Shown piece by piece: positions 62,081 to 64,000 of a stretch of DNA of 64,000 nt (position 1 is its first letter; every line of letters starts with the position of its first letter). Below the pieces are notes generated by a model. It made no database searches. It was not told the origin of the DNA and saw only the letters and a program-made list of their open reading frames with translations. Both the position numbers and the translations under genes were made by a program. The stretch lies in assembly GCA_964035545.1 (NCBI GenBank), contig OZ037768.1:8960741-9024740 (forward strand), read 5' to 3'. The DNA comes from Bugula neritina. Taxonomy: Eukaryota; Animalia; Bryozoa.

Positions 62081-62750
62081 GAGTTCACACAAGATTTCTT
62101 ATAGCTAAAGACACTGATCACTAAGTATAGTATTTACCCACTTTTGAACTTGCCAACGCATCTTTGAAAAAAATGTACATAGAAGTAACTTATAAAGCTA
62201 ATGTAAAATAGTCTGCACAAGGCTGTAAGGATTTCAAACACTCATGATTTTATTTTTTTAAAATCATCTGTAGCATTAAATCTTTTCATGATTTCACATT
62301 TATAACTACTGCGTGTAGGTGTATACGGGTGTAAAGACGCTGTTAATTACTAACTGGCCCATAAAATGTTATACTTACTTTCATTGATTACCAACAAGTG
62401 GATAAGCTACGCTGAGTTTATGGAGACAAATTGAACCATTAATGACTTTGATACCAGTTTTATGCCTCCACCATTAAAGACATTCAACTCTGAGTAATAT
62501 ATTAACCTCTAATCTACATAATTTAAGTTGGTGATGCGTAAAATTATTTTAATCTAGCGGATACAATTTAGCACAGGACGGGATATGCACGGAACCATAA
62601 ACAATTATTGGCAAAAAACATGTGACACATCCACAAGAATGATTCACCAAAGTCTTGTAGAACAAGGCACCCCCTTTAAGTATATAAATATGAATGCTGA
62701 ATGTTGGGCTTGGTATTAAGAGCCAGATTATTGTACACAACACATCGAAC

Positions 62751-63442
62751 ATGGCTGTCTGTAAGTATTAATATTATAAGACATATTGCAAAAAAAAAAC
62801 AAAAAATATAAAGCTATAATTTAATGACAACTATTGAAACTTTTTAAAAATATTCAGAAGAAATATGGCTATGCTAGTTATACTAGTGTTGGGTTGTAAA
62901 TTTGTTGCATCTGGGTATGCGGTTTTATAGTACAAGCTATATGAGCTTTTTTGTAGGAAGTCTATACAATTTTATAATGTGCTGCATACTATAGAGTGAG
63001 CTGTGCGATTTTATAAGTTTATTTATTAGCTGTATAAAAGTGTTATGTAAAAAATTATTGCTCTTCTGTGACATTGTAAATAAAAGGAAACTTTTATAAA
63101 AGCTAATCTTGTAAACTGTATATCTGGCTAAGTTATATGCAACTAGTTGTTTTAAAGTTTATAATGAATTACATTAAGTAACACATTTAAGCATACTAGT
63201 GCAGTGTTCCAACAAATAGTTATTTACACAATTAGTCATACGAATGCAAAATAATATAAAATACATATTATACTTAATGCACCTACTTATTTTTAAACCA
63301 ATGAGATGATCTTAAGTGAAATCAACTTTTTTTCTAGGTGCTTTCAAAATAATGGGCCAAGTATCTATTGCATTGGCATTATTCTCTGGACTGCTGATAG
63401 ATGGAATGCCTATTTCTGACAGTACAGTAAACAGCCGCTTGA
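62751..63442 (+). CDS. 5' end of a probable secreted protein/peptide precursor (continues beyond the window)
   Basis: TATATAAA at 62681. aacATGgctgtct|gtaagt (62751-62760) splices to tttttttctag|63338-63442|gtaagt, giving MAVCAFKIMGQVSIALALFSGLLIDG-MPISDSTVNSRL, which resembles a signal peptide. Confidence 0.6.
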
Positions 63443-64000
63443 GTAAGTTTATAAAGTCTTCTCAGTATTAGCAAGTGATTGTCCAGTTACAGTATGTGTG
63501 CAATGATTACAATGCATCTCATCTATTAGAACTGCTCTGTGAAGGGAGCTTTTATCTTGCTTCTGTTAGTTTTTAATGCAGTGATATGAGCCCCACAATT
63601 TTTTCAAGTTTAGACAAAATAATATACACAATTGCATTGTACAAAGTATATTATATGCATTAAGTAATATATTGATGTATATGATCATCATAATGATTCT
63701 ATGTCTCATTAGACAGTATATGAAATCCTACTAAATTTTTTTCAAAGTTTTATATTAGCTGTTAGACAAATATTTTTAAGTGTAATAACTGTTAACATAG
63801 CACAAAATGACTACATGCACTTTTTTAATATATTAGTGAATTATTAAATTTTGAGAACAATAAAAATAATATAATATAGCAGTGTAAATGAGCTCTATGA
63901 ACACAATAACCATTGCAACTCACAACTTTTTAAGTAGATACTACAGAGCTCTACAGACAAGCTGAGTCTCTTACTATATTATTTGATACAATATAATAGC

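Overview
AT-rich, intron-containing genomic DNA from an invertebrate animal; the taxon cannot be fixed from this window alone. I reconstructed the genes by hand from GT-AG exon phases. Seven protein-coding genes alternate strictly in strand: a conventional protein kinase C (+, 5' end outside the window), a CYP39A1-like P450 (-), MRPL18 (+), a stand-alone homologue of human POLR1D isoform 2 (-), methionine sulfoxide reductase A (+), a DUF4807/F58A4.6-like gene (-) and ZC3H10 (+). The start of a probable secreted-protein gene lies at the right edge. The key observation is that this MsrA looks like a selenoprotein. Its catalytic codon is an in-frame TGA (35155-35157, motif S-U-F-W), a GC-rich hairpin follows the UGA, and a canonical SECIS element lies in the 3' UTR (core 40919-40964). 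The supplied ORF track misses this exon. Mobile DNA includes an intact 4.5-kb Ty3/gypsy element with apparently identical LTRs, a 9-bp-TSD foldback element inserted into a copy of itself, a 3.7-kb palindromic DNA transposon in the last MsrA intron, a FLYWCH transposase relic, several MITEs and tRNA-derived SINEs.
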